A stretch of 64,000 nucleotides of DNA from Nitrospinaceae bacterium (GCA_965237905.1 OZ250172.1:704001-768000), one strand, 5' to 3'; counted from the first letter of the stretch, positions 29,239 through 39,080 are shown. Notes: generated from the letters alone by a model not told the origin. A program made the numbers and translations.

Positions 29239-31178
29239 TGAGGAAACGGAGACCGCACTATATTGTGATCGGCGGAGGCCTGGCCGGGTTGGCGGTCACC
29301 ATGAAATTGTGCGAAGACAAAGCGAAGGTGACTCTCGTTTCCTACCAACCCGTGAAGCGGTCCCACTCCGTCTGTGCCCAGGGCGGTATCAACGCCGCCA
29401 TTGACACCAAGGGCGAAGGCGATTCACCGGAAACGCATTTTTATGACACTGTTAAAGGAGGCGATTTTCTGGCACATCAGCCATTAGTGCGCGATATGTG
29501 CCACCAGGCCCCGGCCATCATTCACCTCATGGACCGGTTGGGAGTCGCTTTCAACCGGACACCGGAGGGGCATCTCGAATTCCGCCGGTTCGGCGGCACC
29601 CTCTATTCACGCACCGCATTTGCCGGAGCCACCACTGGACAACAATTACTGTACGCCCTCGACGAACAGGTCCGGCGGTACGAACACGACGGGCAGGTCC
29701 AAAAACTGGAATGGCACGAATACCTGTCCGCCATTCTCGATTCCGAAGGTATCTGCCGTGGCGCGGTGTTACACGATTTACGCACCGGGGAGATTTTTAC
29801 CGCCAAAGGCGATGCCGTGGTGCTCGCCACCGGCGGTCCGGCGCAGGTTTACGGTAAGACTACCGGCTCCACCGTGTGCAACGGCGTCGCCACCACCTCC
29901 GCCTATCTGCAGGGCGCCAAATACGCCAACGGCGAATTCATCCAGGTGCATCCCACCGCCATCCCCGGCCCGGACAAACTGCGATTGATGAGCGAATCGG
30001 CGCGAGGAGAAGGCGGCCGTATTTGGGTTCCCAGAAAACCGAACGACGAGCGCGACCCGCTCACCATCCCGGAAGAGGAACGCTACTATTTCCTGGAGGA
30101 AAATCATCCGCGTTTCGGCAATCTGGTGCCGCGCGATGTCGCCAGCCGGGAAATCCACGACGTCGTCTACAACAAGGAGCTGGGTGTCAACGGGCAGCCT
30201 ATGGTGTACCTCGACTTGACGCATCAATCCGAACAATTCCTGGAGAACCGGCTGGGCGGCATTCTCGATATCTACACCAAGTTCACCGGCGACGACCCGA
30301 AAAAAGTGCCGATGAAAATTTTTCCGGCCGTGCATTATTCCATGGGCGGCATTTGGACCGATTACGAAGATGAGGGACATGGATTGATCGACCACCAATC
30401 GCCGCGCAACCAGATGACTTCCATTCAGGGGTTATACGCTGCGGGAGAATGCGGCTATCAATTCCACGGGGCCAACCGGCTGGGAGCCAACTCCCTGCTG
30501 AGTTGCATCTACACGGGACTCATGATGGGCCCCGGATTGATCAGTTACAGCAAAAACCTTCGCACGCATTTTGAGGACGTGCCTTCGACCGTGTTCGACC
30601 AAGCCCGCGACCAGTGGCGGGAACGATTCGAGGCCATCAAAAAAATGAAGGGCAAGGAAAACCCATACGCGCTTCACCAGGATATGGGGAACATCCTGCT
30701 GGCGAATGTGCTGATCGTCCGGGAAAACTCCAAACTGGAGAAAGCCCTGACCCAGATCAGCGATCTGGAGGTCCGGTTCAATGACGTGCAATGCCTGGAC
30801 ACAACGCACTGGTCCAACCCGGCACCCAGCATGATCCAGCAGTTGCACTGCCAGATTCAGCTCGCTAAAATCATCACCCAGGGAGCATTGGTCCGGAACG
30901 AGTTTCGCGGGGCGCATTACAAACCGGAATACGATTTGAACCAGCCCGCTGATTTCGATCCGCATGAATACGTCGAGTACATTGAGAAAAAACAATACGG
31001 CGAAATCCGGGAGGAAGAATTCCCCACCGGACACGCCGCTTACATGAAACGCTTCGAGGAATGCAACGAGCAATGGTTGAAGACGACCATCGCCGAACAC
31101 AAAAATCATCAGCCGGAGATCAGCTTTGAAGAGGTGAACACTTCATTAGTCCAACCCCGGCCCCGAAAATACGATTGA
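29238..31178 (+). CDS. sdhA: Succinate dehydrogenase/fumarate reductase flavoprotein
   Basis: GGGLAG, RSHSVCAQGGINA, QVHPT, SESARGEGG, HYSMGG, HGANRLGANSL. Confidence 0.97.
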   Translation: MRKRRPHYIVIGGGLAGLAVTMKLCEDKAKVTLVSYQPVKRSHSVCAQGGINAAIDTKGEGDSPETHFYDTVKGGDFLAHQPLVRDMCHQAPAIIHLMDRLGVAFNRTPEGHLEFRRFGGTLYSRTAFAGATTGQQLLYALDEQVRRYEHDGQVQKLEWHEYLSAILDSEGICRGAVLHDLRTGEIFTAKGDAVVLATGGPAQVYGKTTGSTVCNGVATTSAYLQGAKYANGEFIQVHPTAIPGPDKLRLMSESARGEGGRIWVPRKPNDERDPLTIPEEERYYFLEENHPRFGNLVPRDVASREIHDVVYNKELGVNGQPMVYLDLTHQSEQFLENRLGGILDIYTKFTGDDPKKVPMKIFPAVHYSMGGIWTDYEDEGHGLIDHQSPRNQMTSIQGLYAAGECGYQFHGANRLGANSLLSCIYTGLMMGPGLISYSKNLRTHFEDVPSTVFDQARDQWRERFEAIKKMKGKENPYALHQDMGNILLANVLIVRENSKLEKALTQISDLEVRFNDVQCLDTTHWSNPAPSMIQQLHCQIQLAKIITQGALVRNEFRGAHYKPEYDLNQPADFDPHEYVEYIEKKQYGEIREEEFPTGHAAYMKRFEECNEQWLKTTIAEHKNHQPEISFEEVNTSLVQPRPRKYD

Positions 31179-31187
31179 AGGTGAACC

Positions 31188-31940
31188 ATGCCCGACGATA
31201 AAACCATCCGTTTGAAAATCAAACGTCAGGATCAACCAGACACCAAATCTTACTGGCAGGAATTCGATTTGCCCTACAAACCCCGGGCCAACGTCATCTC
31301 CTGCCTCATGGACATTCAGATGCACCCGGCCACACGGCAAGGGCAGGAAGTGACCCCTGTGGTGTGGGAGTGCAATTGTCTGGAGGAAGTGTGCGGTGCC
31401 TGCACCATGGTGATTAATGGCAAAGTGCGCCAAGCCTGTACTGCGCTGGTGGATGCCCTGCCCCAACCCATCGTGCTGGAACCCATGTCCAAATTTCCTA
31501 TCGTTCGCGACCTGCATGTGGACCGGAGCCGCATGTTTGAAAATCTCAAGAAGGTCAAAGCGTGGATTCATATCGATGGGACCTACGACATTGGCGAGGG
31601 TCCGGTGGTTCCGGAAAAACAACGGGCTAAGGCTTACCTGCTGTCCGAATGCATGACCTGCGGATGTTGCCTGGAAGCCTGCCCCCAATTCACCAAGGAC
31701 AACAATTTCATGGGAGCCTCCACCTTCAGCCAGGTCCGTCTCTTCAATATGCACCCCACCGGCGCCATGGAATCGGAGGAGCGATTGGAGACGGTGATGG
31801 GCGAAGGCGGTATCGCTGATTGCGGCAACGCACAGGTGTGCGTCGAGGTGTGCCCGAAGAAAATCCCATTAACCGAATCGATCGCAGAAATTGGGCGGGA
31901 GACCACACTACAATTGTTGAAAAACCTGTTTTTAAAGTGA
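31188..31940 (+). CDS. sdhB: Succinate dehydrogenase/fumarate reductase iron-sulfur subunit
   Basis: CLEEVCGAC, CMTCGCCLEACP, CGNAQVCVEVCP. Confidence 0.97.
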   Translation: MPDDKTIRLKIKRQDQPDTKSYWQEFDLPYKPRANVISCLMDIQMHPATRQGQEVTPVVWECNCLEEVCGACTMVINGKVRQACTALVDALPQPIVLEPMSKFPIVRDLHVDRSRMFENLKKVKAWIHIDGTYDIGEGPVVPEKQRAKAYLLSECMTCGCCLEACPQFTKDNNFMGASTFSQVRLFNMHPTGAMESEERLETVMGEGGIADCGNAQVCVEVCPKKIPLTESIAEIGRETTLQLLKNLFLK

Positions 31941-32070
31941 TTAAACCTTTCCCGGTGCCCGATTTTTATTTAATTCCACCAGCCAGTCTGATATTATTAA
32001 AAGTCAGGATTTAATAGATATTTACCGTTGAGAAACGGTTGATCCCCATATTCATTTCGAAGGAAAACCC

Positions 32071-32955
32071 ATGAAAGTATCACTCGCCAGCGCCCTTGGA
32101 ACCTGCTTCGGAGTTAAGGACGCCATCAATCTCGCCCTGGAACCCCAGTTCAAGGGAGATCTCACTATTGTCGGCCAACTGGTTCATAACCGGCAGGTCA
32201 ATGAATCGTTGAAAAAGAACGGAGTCTCCGTCGTCGACGGAGCCAATGCCCTCGACCAGATCAAAACCAAAAAAGTCATGATCACGGCTCACGGTGCGGC
32301 TGAAAAAATGAAAAAGAAACTGACGGATGCCGGGGTGGTCGTGTTCGACGCCAGTTGTCCACTGGTGATGCGTGTCCACAACACGATTAAATCCATGGTG
32401 GATAAAAATTATTTCCCCGTTGTGATTGGGCAGGAAGATCACGTCGAAGTCAAAGGCATTGTCGGTGATCTCGATGACTATGTTGTGGTGGGAAGCGAAG
32501 ATGATTTGGAAAAACTGAGAACCACCGGAAAAAGAAAATTCGGCATCGTCAGCCAAACTACCCAACAGGTGGAAAAAGTAGAACAAATCGTTGCGAAAAT
32601 CCGGAAAATGGATTGCGTCGACGATGTCGCCTTCGTCAACACCATTTGCCAGCCGACCCGCGACCGTCAAATTGCCGTGGGAGATCTGGCGGATCAGGTG
32701 GACCTGATGATCGTCATCGGCGGTTACAACTCATCGAATACCAAAAAACTGATGCAAGTATGTGATGAGAAGAATGTGGAAGCCCATCACATTGAGGCCT
32801 CATCGCAGTTGGACCGACAGTGGTTCATCAACAAAAAACATGTCGGCATCACGGCGGGAACCAGCACGCCGGAATACATTATCAATGACGTGCATTCGGC
32901 GATCCTCGAAATCGCCAGGGAAATGGACAAACTGGAAACCCAGCCGGTTCATTAG
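32071..32955 (+). CDS. ispH: 4-hydroxy-3-methylbut-2-enyl diphosphate reductase
   Basis: CFGV, VHN, AHG, DASCPLV, HVEV, QTT, NTIC, SSNT, TAGTSTP. Confidence 0.96.
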   Translation: MKVSLASALGTCFGVKDAINLALEPQFKGDLTIVGQLVHNRQVNESLKKNGVSVVDGANALDQIKTKKVMITAHGAAEKMKKKLTDAGVVVFDASCPLVMRVHNTIKSMVDKNYFPVVIGQEDHVEVKGIVGDLDDYVVVGSEDDLEKLRTTGKRKFGIVSQTTQQVEKVEQIVAKIRKMDCVDDVAFVNTICQPTRDRQIAVGDLADQVDLMIVIGGYNSSNTKKLMQVCDEKNVEAHHIEASSQLDRQWFINKKHVGITAGTSTPEYIINDVHSAILEIAREMDKLETQPVH

Positions 32956-33108
32956 GCCTGGAGAACCGGGCTCATTCAGGAACCGTTCCGAAATCCTACG
33001 AAGGTTCCATAAAACTGAAATTTTATTCATTCGACCGGTTACAGACACGGGCCGCCAATCGCCCCGTCTACGGAACGTGTAAGCCTGGGGGGTTTAAAAC
33101 GCAAAGTG

Positions 33109-34215
33109 ATGGAGGACTGGGAATATTGCCAAAAAGCTTTGCCGAAAGTCAGCCGGACTTTCGCGCTCAATATCTCCGTCCTCAAGGGCGATTTGCACCG
33201 AAGTATCCTGACCGCCTACCTGTTCTGCCGCATCATCGATACCATTGAAGACGCCGCTCAACTCGACCCCAAAATCAAAATCAAACTGTTGCTCGAATTT
33301 TCCCGCCTGATCCAGGACGCGGATTACCGCAAAGGCGCTTTGACCTCCTGGCTCCGGGAATGTGAAGCCGTCGACGGCAGTCCCAATGATCTGGAACTGC
33401 TATCCCAGACCGAGCGGGCGTTCAATGTGTTTGACACGTTGAAAAAAAATCACCAGGCGCAGATCATCCCTTCGGTCTCGGAAATGGCCCGAGGCATGGC
33501 TTACTTTCAGAAAAAATTCGATGCCAACGCCCTCACCCTTTTGGAAAACGAAAAAGAGTTGGAGGAGTACTGTTACTTCGTGGCGGGTGCGGTCGGTGAA
33601 ATGCTCTGTAATCTGTTTCTGGAAGAGATTCCTCATTTGAACCCACAGGCCCGGCAAACCATGCGCGACACTGCGGTTTCGTTCGGCCTCGGCCTGCAGA
33701 TAACCAATATCTCCAAGGATATCATTGTCGACCGGGGACGCGGCTGGTCCTATGTGCCGCGCTCTTACATCGAATCCAACGGCCTGACGGTGGAGGAGTT
33801 CAGCGCCGGGGCCTCGGAGGAAAAAAATCTTCAGATCCTGGCACAACTTCTTAACAAAACCATGGGACACTTGCAGGATGCCTTAAAATTTACCCTGGCT
33901 ATTCCCCGGGAAAATACACGCATCCGGCTGTTTTGCATCTGGCCGTTGTGGATGGCAGTGGAGACAGTGGCCGTCCTCCATAACAACCGGGAACTTTTGA
34001 AATCGGACGACCCCGTCAAGATATCGCGGAAGACCGTCCGGCAGATTCTGCGCCGGACACGTCTACTCTGTTATTCGGACACTTTGCTGAAACTGTCCTT
34101 CGAACGCATCCAGAAACGCGCGGAATTGATCCATCCGCCGGAGTTCGATCTCAATAACCTGAAATCCCGCTTATCTGCCATGTCCCTGGAGGACCAGGCG
34201 GCTCTGCGAACCTAA
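33109..34215 (+). CDS. Squalene/phytoene synthase family protein (squalene synthase-like)
   Basis: VSRTFAL, YLFCRIIDTIED, YCYFVAGAVG, GLGLQITNISKD. Confidence 0.9.
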   Translation: MEDWEYCQKALPKVSRTFALNISVLKGDLHRSILTAYLFCRIIDTIEDAAQLDPKIKIKLLLEFSRLIQDADYRKGALTSWLRECEAVDGSPNDLELLSQTERAFNVFDTLKKNHQAQIIPSVSEMARGMAYFQKKFDANALTLLENEKELEEYCYFVAGAVGEMLCNLFLEEIPHLNPQARQTMRDTAVSFGLGLQITNISKDIIVDRGRGWSYVPRSYIESNGLTVEEFSAGASEEKNLQILAQLLNKTMGHLQDALKFTLAIPRENTRIRLFCIWPLWMAVETVAVLHNNRELLKSDDPVKISRKTVRQILRRTRLLCYSDTLLKLSFERIQKRAELIHPPEFDLNNLKSRLSAMSLEDQAALRT

Positions 34216-34220
34216 ATCTC

Positions 34221-34670
34221 ATGACAGAAGATAAACCCAGATTTACCGACAATAATGATGAAACCATCACCGATAACCTGACCGGCCTGATGTGGGCCAA
34301 AGAGGATTCCTGGCAAATGGAAACCCGGTGGCTCTCTTGGGACGAGGCCCGCGAATATATCCACAGCATGGCCTATCAGCAATTGGCCGGGTACAACGAC
34401 TGGCGGTTCCCGGAAAAGGAAGAAATGTTGATACTGGTAGATCCGGACCATTGCATCCAGGATAAATACGGAAAAGACATGAAAATGAATCCGGTCTTTC
34501 CCAATGGCCCACTGGCCACCGTCTGGACGGCAGATGGCATCGGTTCGGACGGATATATCGTGAATTTCACGACAGGGAAGGCCGACTCCCTGTATAAAAG
34601 CAAAAGCGGCCGGATGGCCGTCCGGGCGGTCCGGGGTACTAAAATGAGCGAACGTCCTACCCAACGATGA
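34221..34670 (+). CDS. DUF1566 (Lcl C-terminal) domain protein
   Basis: RFTDN.D.TITDNLTGLMW, GYNDWRFP...E, VRAVR. Confidence 0.88.
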   Translation: MTEDKPRFTDNNDETITDNLTGLMWAKEDSWQMETRWLSWDEAREYIHSMAYQQLAGYNDWRFPEKEEMLILVDPDHCIQDKYGKDMKMNPVFPNGPLATVWTADGIGSDGYIVNFTTGKADSLYKSKSGRMAVRAVRGTKMSERPTQR

Positions 34671-34745
34671 CCTTTCTCTGATACAATCCTTTTTGCATTC
34701 CCATCATCTTAATTTGAGCCATTAACCGCTTTTGAGGATACTGCT

Positions 34746-35192
34746 GTGAATAAAAACAGTCTCTATGCCCTGGCCGGTTCCATTTGGGGACTGGTGGGAT
34801 TATTTCTGATGATTCGGGGAGCCATGATGTACCAAGCCGCCCTGGAAACGCAAAACGCCACCCAAACAGCGCTGGCGATCTCCATCGCAGTCAGCATCAT
34901 TGTAGGTATAGCCAAGGGCCGGTTCGTGCTCTCCAAAACTGCGCGCCGCAACAAATCGCGTATTGAAAGTATCGAAGGACCGTTGAAAGTCCATCATGTG
35001 TACGCCAAGTCGTTTTATATTCTGATCGCCGGGATGATTCTACTCGGCGTCTCCCTGCGAACGTTCAACGAGTATCTGGGGGGCTATGTGGTGGTGGCCG
35101 CTGTCTATTGCGGCATCGGCCTGGCCCTGATGGTCTCCAGCCTGACCTACTGGAAGAGAGAAACTCAACCCGCTGTGGAAGAAAATTCCTGA
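34746..35192 (+). CDS. Hypothetical membrane protein
   Basis: Four hydrophobic segments; GAGG RBS before GTG. Confidence 0.8.
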   Translation: MNKNSLYALAGSIWGLVGLFLMIRGAMMYQAALETQNATQTALAISIAVSIIVGIAKGRFVLSKTARRNKSRIESIEGPLKVHHVYAKSFYILIAGMILLGVSLRTFNEYLGGYVVVAAVYCGIGLALMVSSLTYWKRETQPAVEENS

Positions 35193-35211
35193 GACAGGCG
35201 CCTCGATCCTT

Positions 35212-35619
35212 ATGAAAAATTTCTTCCTGACGCTTCATATGGTTTCGATGTGCCTCGTGATCGGCACCCTGTTCCTGCAATCGCTGACCGTCGTGCTCCG
35301 CCTGCGCCTGAAATCGGCCCATGAACGCGAAGGTCTCCGAAAAACACAGGTCCGTATTCACAAATTTATTTATTATCCGATCCTGTTCGTGACAGTCGCT
35401 TCCGGTCTCTATCTGGCGATCAAGACGGGGGTATTCGACGAGGCCCAATGGATTTATCCCAAGCTGGGCCTGCTGGTGGTGTTGGTGGCTTTGGGCTTTC
35501 AGAACGGCCGGCAGATCAATCAGGAACATTTACCCAAAAAATACGCTATGATGGTGCATATCGCCATATTCATCATCGCCGGCGGCATGATCTATCTCGC
35601 CACCGTCAAACCGTTTTAA
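35212..35619 (+). CDS. Hypothetical four-TM membrane protein
   Basis: Four hydrophobic helices, W+..KL motif, ends KPF. Confidence 0.8.
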   Translation: MKNFFLTLHMVSMCLVIGTLFLQSLTVVLRLRLKSAHEREGLRKTQVRIHKFIYYPILFVTVASGLYLAIKTGVFDEAQWIYPKLGLLVVLVALGFQNGRQINQEHLPKKYAMMVHIAIFIIAGGMIYLATVKPF

Positions 35620-35625
35620 TGAGCC

Positions 35626-35778
35626 ATGGATATAATTCTCACCATCATCGCCAGCGTTCTTTTGCTCGTGGGATTCCTCGTCGTCTGCCGCTCCAGCCTC
35701 GACGATGAGGACGAGTACGAAGAGGAGGAAGAAGAAACCCCCGCGCCTCCCGCCACCCACGACAAAAAATCCTCCTGA
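35626..35778 (+). CDS. Small single-pass membrane protein with acidic tail (50 aa; not in the ORF track)
   Basis: MDIILTIIASVLLLVGFLVVCRSSLDDEDEYEEEEEETPAPPATHDKKSS; starts 6 nt after the previous stop. Confidence 0.7.
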   Translation: MDIILTIIASVLLLVGFLVVCRSSLDDEDEYEEEEEETPAPPATHDKKSS

Positions 35779-35862
35779 CCCGGGCAAGGCCCGGAGCTAA
35801 TTTTGCTGAGGCGGTATGGCGCGATTGAACCGTTACTTTCGCCTCTCGTAGCCTAAAATATT

Positions 35863-35952
35863 CCTCCCCTTACTAAGGGGAGGATATAGGTGGGGTTGGT
35901 TTTAATATTTTGTAGTTGCCCCATTTATGGGGCAGTTTTAAAAACTACAAAA
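35863..35952. repeat. Palindrome cluster (CCTCCCCTTACTAAGGGGAGG plus GTAG-led REP-like hairpin)
   Basis: Hairpin at 35863-35883; GTAG followed by TGCCCCAT-TT-ATGGGGCA (35912-35934), inside outer IR TTTTGTAGTT/AACTACAAAA. Confidence 0.7.
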
Positions 35953-35963
35953 GTAAAACATTT

Positions 35964-36566
35964 ATGCAAAAATCTTATCCAAACCGAGAATTCGAACGCC
36001 TGACCCGGCAAGCCGCGGAATGTACCACCTGTCCGAATATGGTCAACCAGAGTGCCGTCCTCGGACCCGCCAACGGTTCGATCGATTCCGACATTCTGTT
36101 TGTCGCAGAAGCTCCCGGACGCTTCGGTGCCGGGCGTACCGGCATCCCGTTTTCCGGCGACAAGTCCGGCGATAATTTTGAAGCGTTGATCGCCCACGTC
36201 GGACTGACGCGACAGGACATCTTCATCACCAACGCGGTGTTGTGCAATCCGCTTCACAACGGCAACAACCGCCGTCCGACTACAAAGGAAATCAGCAACT
36301 GTTCCTCTTATTTGAAATCGGTGCTGGAACTGGTGCGGCCAAAAGTCGTGGTCACATTGGGAGGCGTCGGACTGGAAGCGATCAACCGGATACTGGGCAC
36401 CCGCTACACATTGGCAGAGGTCATTGGCAAGCCTCAGCGAACTGAGCGTTTTACGCTCCTACCGCTGTACCATCCCAGCCCGCGCGTCACCAACTGGAAA
36501 CGGCCGTTGAGCGTTCAAAAACGCGATTTTAAAAAGATTTTGAAAATCGCCCTTAGCGAGATCTGA
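35964..36566 (+). CDS. Uracil-DNA glycosylase (family 4-like, Fe-S)
   Basis: CTTC, FVAEAPG, GIPFSG, ITNAVLC, NRRPT..E...C, LYHPS. Confidence 0.9.
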   Translation: MQKSYPNREFERLTRQAAECTTCPNMVNQSAVLGPANGSIDSDILFVAEAPGRFGAGRTGIPFSGDKSGDNFEALIAHVGLTRQDIFITNAVLCNPLHNGNNRRPTTKEISNCSSYLKSVLELVRPKVVVTLGGVGLEAINRILGTRYTLAEVIGKPQRTERFTLLPLYHPSPRVTNWKRPLSVQKRDFKKILKIALSEI

Positions 36567-36636
36567 CCTCAATTTTCGCGCCTGCACCTTGACCGGGTAC
36601 CCACGAAATCTTATATAGATATAGACACAAAGGAAG

Positions 36637-36664
36637 AATCCCCCTAACCCCCTTTACAAGGGGG
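36637..36664 (+). repeat. AATCCCCCT..CCCCCTTTACAAGGGGG palindromic repeat, copy 1
   Basis: 25/28 identical to 48437-48464. Confidence 0.8.
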
Positions 36665-36699
36665 AAATTTGCTCCGGCGCTTCGCCGGAAGGAGGAATC

Positions 36700-37011
36700 A
36701 TGTTTGAACGCAATCCTAACAAAGACATTTTCGACGAGGGTTACAAATCCCTGCAAAAGGGCATCCTGATCTTCGGCGGATCGCTGGTGGCGCTGGCGAT
36801 TCTGATTTTCATGTTCCCGGCACTGATCGGATTCATTTTCGCCGCTTTCATCCTGTTCGCCGGAACCGCAATCCTGGCAGTCGGCTGGAAGGTGTGGCGG
36901 TTTAAAAAACACCTCGGCAGTTCCGAGGAATGGTCGAAACCGGTAACCGCCTCGTTCAAGACTGAAGGCCCGCATTACACACGCCGCCGCATTTTCGTGG
37001 TGATGAAGTAG
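36700..37011 (+). CDS. Hypothetical two-TM membrane protein
   Basis: AAGGAGG RBS; two hydrophobic helices. Confidence 0.8.
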   Translation: MFERNPNKDIFDEGYKSLQKGILIFGGSLVALAILIFMFPALIGFIFAAFILFAGTAILAVGWKVWRFKKHLGSSEEWSKPVTASFKTEGPHYTRRRIFVVMK

Positions 37012-37012
37012 T

Positions 37013-37945
37013 ATGCGGAGCGTCGCCTGCAAAGGTCTGGACAAACCGTGGAGCGTCATCACCTTCGGGTGCTGGCAGATCGCGCCGAGCGGCGGCTGGG
37101 GAGATTATTGCTCTCCTGAAGACGCCGACACCTCGGTGAAAACCGCGCTTGAGGGCGGCATCACCGCCTTCGACACGGCGGAAGGCTACGGCGACGGCGA
37201 ATCGGAACGCCGCCTCGGCAAGGCCCTCGGCTCCAAAAAGAATGATGTCTTGATCATTTCCAAAATATGGCCGGACGCGGACCTGACTCTCGCCAGCTAT
37301 CAGGAACGGTTGGAAGGCACCCTCCGCGCCCTGGCTCGGGACTTTGTAGACGTCTACCTCGTCCACTGGCCCGGCAGTTATTTCAATACCCCCGACAAAT
37401 CCAAAAAACTCGCGGAGATCATGATCGCCCTGCGTGACAGCGGCAAGGCCAAAACCATCGGCCTGTCCAATTTTGAAGGGGAAGATTTAACCCGTCTCGG
37501 CGCCGATGTATCCGAGTTCGTGGTCAATCAGATTGCCTACAACCTGCTGGAACGCGAATACGAAGATCAAGCGCTGGAGCTGTGCCAAAACGCCGGTGTC
37601 GGCACGATGGTCTATTCCCCCTCGGCACGCGGCCTTTTGGGTGGCCGGGTGAAGGCCGACTCCCCCACACGCCAGCAATACGAGGTGTACCAGGAACCGC
37701 TGTTCAGCCACTCGAAGGAAGTCTTGAAAACCGTTGAGGCGATCGCCGAAGAATTGAATACCGCACCCATCAATGTGGCCGTCGCGTGGGTGCTTTCCCG
37801 TCCGAATATTGTGACCGCCGCGGTCGGGTCCCGAAAACCCACACAGATCAAACAATTCTGCAGGGCGGGAAACCTCGAACTCAGCCCGGAATATCTGTCC
37901 CGGTTGACCGCCGCCAGCGACGCCTTTCACGCGCATAAATCCTAA
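37013..37945 (+). CDS. Aldo/keto reductase
   Basis: FGCWQ, FDTAEGYGDG.SE, DVYLVHWP, IGLSNF, YSP. Confidence 0.93.
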   Translation: MRSVACKGLDKPWSVITFGCWQIAPSGGWGDYCSPEDADTSVKTALEGGITAFDTAEGYGDGESERRLGKALGSKKNDVLIISKIWPDADLTLASYQERLEGTLRALARDFVDVYLVHWPGSYFNTPDKSKKLAEIMIALRDSGKAKTIGLSNFEGEDLTRLGADVSEFVVNQIAYNLLEREYEDQALELCQNAGVGTMVYSPSARGLLGGRVKADSPTRQQYEVYQEPLFSHSKEVLKTVEAIAEELNTAPINVAVAWVLSRPNIVTAAVGSRKPTQIKQFCRAGNLELSPEYLSRLTAASDAFHAHKS

Positions 37946-37991
37946 CCGCTTCCCCATTTCCTTATCATTCCATTGGGAGTATGATTGGGCC

Positions 37992-38360
37992 ATGACGGAA
38001 GAATGGCAGGACACCCCGGAAGACGACGGCATCACCCTGGGTCCGGAAGAAGCACTGGAGCGGGAGATCGCCAAATCCAAATCCCTGAAGGTGGAGCGTT
38101 TGCAACTGAGGGATCAGGTTGACCGACTCACCATTCAAAACCGGACCCTGCGCAACGAGAATAAAGCCTTAAAAAAACACCGGCAGGCCCATTCCGGCAC
38201 CCGGGAAGATTCTCAGGAAGAGGCGGATACCCCCACTTCAGACGCTCCGCGGCCCACCAGCCGCTTTCTGCCTGACCGTTGGGCGTTTTTTCTGCTGATA
38301 TTCAATCTGGTCGCCATCGGAATTTTGCTACTCGTCCTACTACAAAGACCGACCCCCTAA
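37992..38360 (+). CDS. Hypothetical coiled-coil protein with C-terminal TM anchor
   Basis: Heptad region followed by WAFFLLIFNLVAIGILLLVLL. Confidence 0.75.
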   Translation: MTEEWQDTPEDDGITLGPEEALEREIAKSKSLKVERLQLRDQVDRLTIQNRTLRNENKALKKHRQAHSGTREDSQEEADTPTSDAPRPTSRFLPDRWAFFLLIFNLVAIGILLLVLLQRPTP

Positions 38361-38529
38361 AACCGGGCAGTCTGCCCAAATATACTGAAATTATTACAAA
38401 ATAATTGAATCTCGGCTATAATTTCCCCATCTTATTGTGTAATTGACTGCAGTTTTTCAACTGGTTATTTACCCGAATTTTCAGGTTTACCATACACCAA
38501 TATCAATTTGGAACTTTAGGAGGGTACTT

Positions 38530-38994
38530 ATGTGGGTAGCTGAATTTTTTCATGTGCTGGTAGGAATCCTTTGGATCGGCCTGCTGTACTTTTTCAATCT
38601 GGTGCAGGTGCAGTCCATGCCCAAGATGACTGAGGCGGGTGCGGCCAAACCGTACACACAGATCATTCTGCCGAAGGCTTTATTCCTTTTTCGGCACGCG
38701 GCCTTGTGGACGGTGATCACGGGGATCATCTATTATGTGGTCGGACGCGGCAAGGTTCAGGGCATTCCCAGTCCTGAGATCATGGTCGGAATGGTGTTGG
38801 GCATCATCATGGCGCTCAACGTGTGGGTTCTGATCTGGCCCAACCAGAAAAAAATCATCGCCGGAGAATTGGAAGGCGACGCGTTGGCCAAAGCCAAGCG
38901 GACCGCTTTTCTCGCCAGCCGCACCAACGCCTGGCTCTCGATTCCCATGCTGATAGGCATGATAGCGGCCAATCACGGCGGTATCGGATTTTAA
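38530..38994 (+). CDS. Urate hydroxylase PuuD-like / urate oxidase N-terminal domain membrane protein
   Basis: HVLVGILWIGLLYFFNLVQ, NVWVLIWPNQKK, SRTNAWLSIPM; start ATG 38530 after AGGAGG. Confidence 0.85.
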   Translation: MWVAEFFHVLVGILWIGLLYFFNLVQVQSMPKMTEAGAAKPYTQIILPKALFLFRHAALWTVITGIIYYVVGRGKVQGIPSPEIMVGMVLGIIMALNVWVLIWPNQKKIIAGELEGDALAKAKRTAFLASRTNAWLSIPMLIGMIAANHGGIGF

Positions 38995-39032
38995 TTCCGA
39001 TAACTACCCTCTGAAAAACCAATTGATTTACC

Positions 39033-39080
39033 GGAGACGGCAGGCTGAAACCTCAGTCCTGACCGTCTCCTTATTTTTTT
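39033..39080 (+). terminator. Rho-independent terminator
   Basis: GGAGACGG...CCGTCTCC long hairpin followed by TTATTTTTTT. Confidence 0.8.

Noticed and set aside
36615..36628. ATAGATATAGACAC shared with 12586-12599 (- strand)
   Set aside because: A single 14-nt match is expected by chance in 64 kb.
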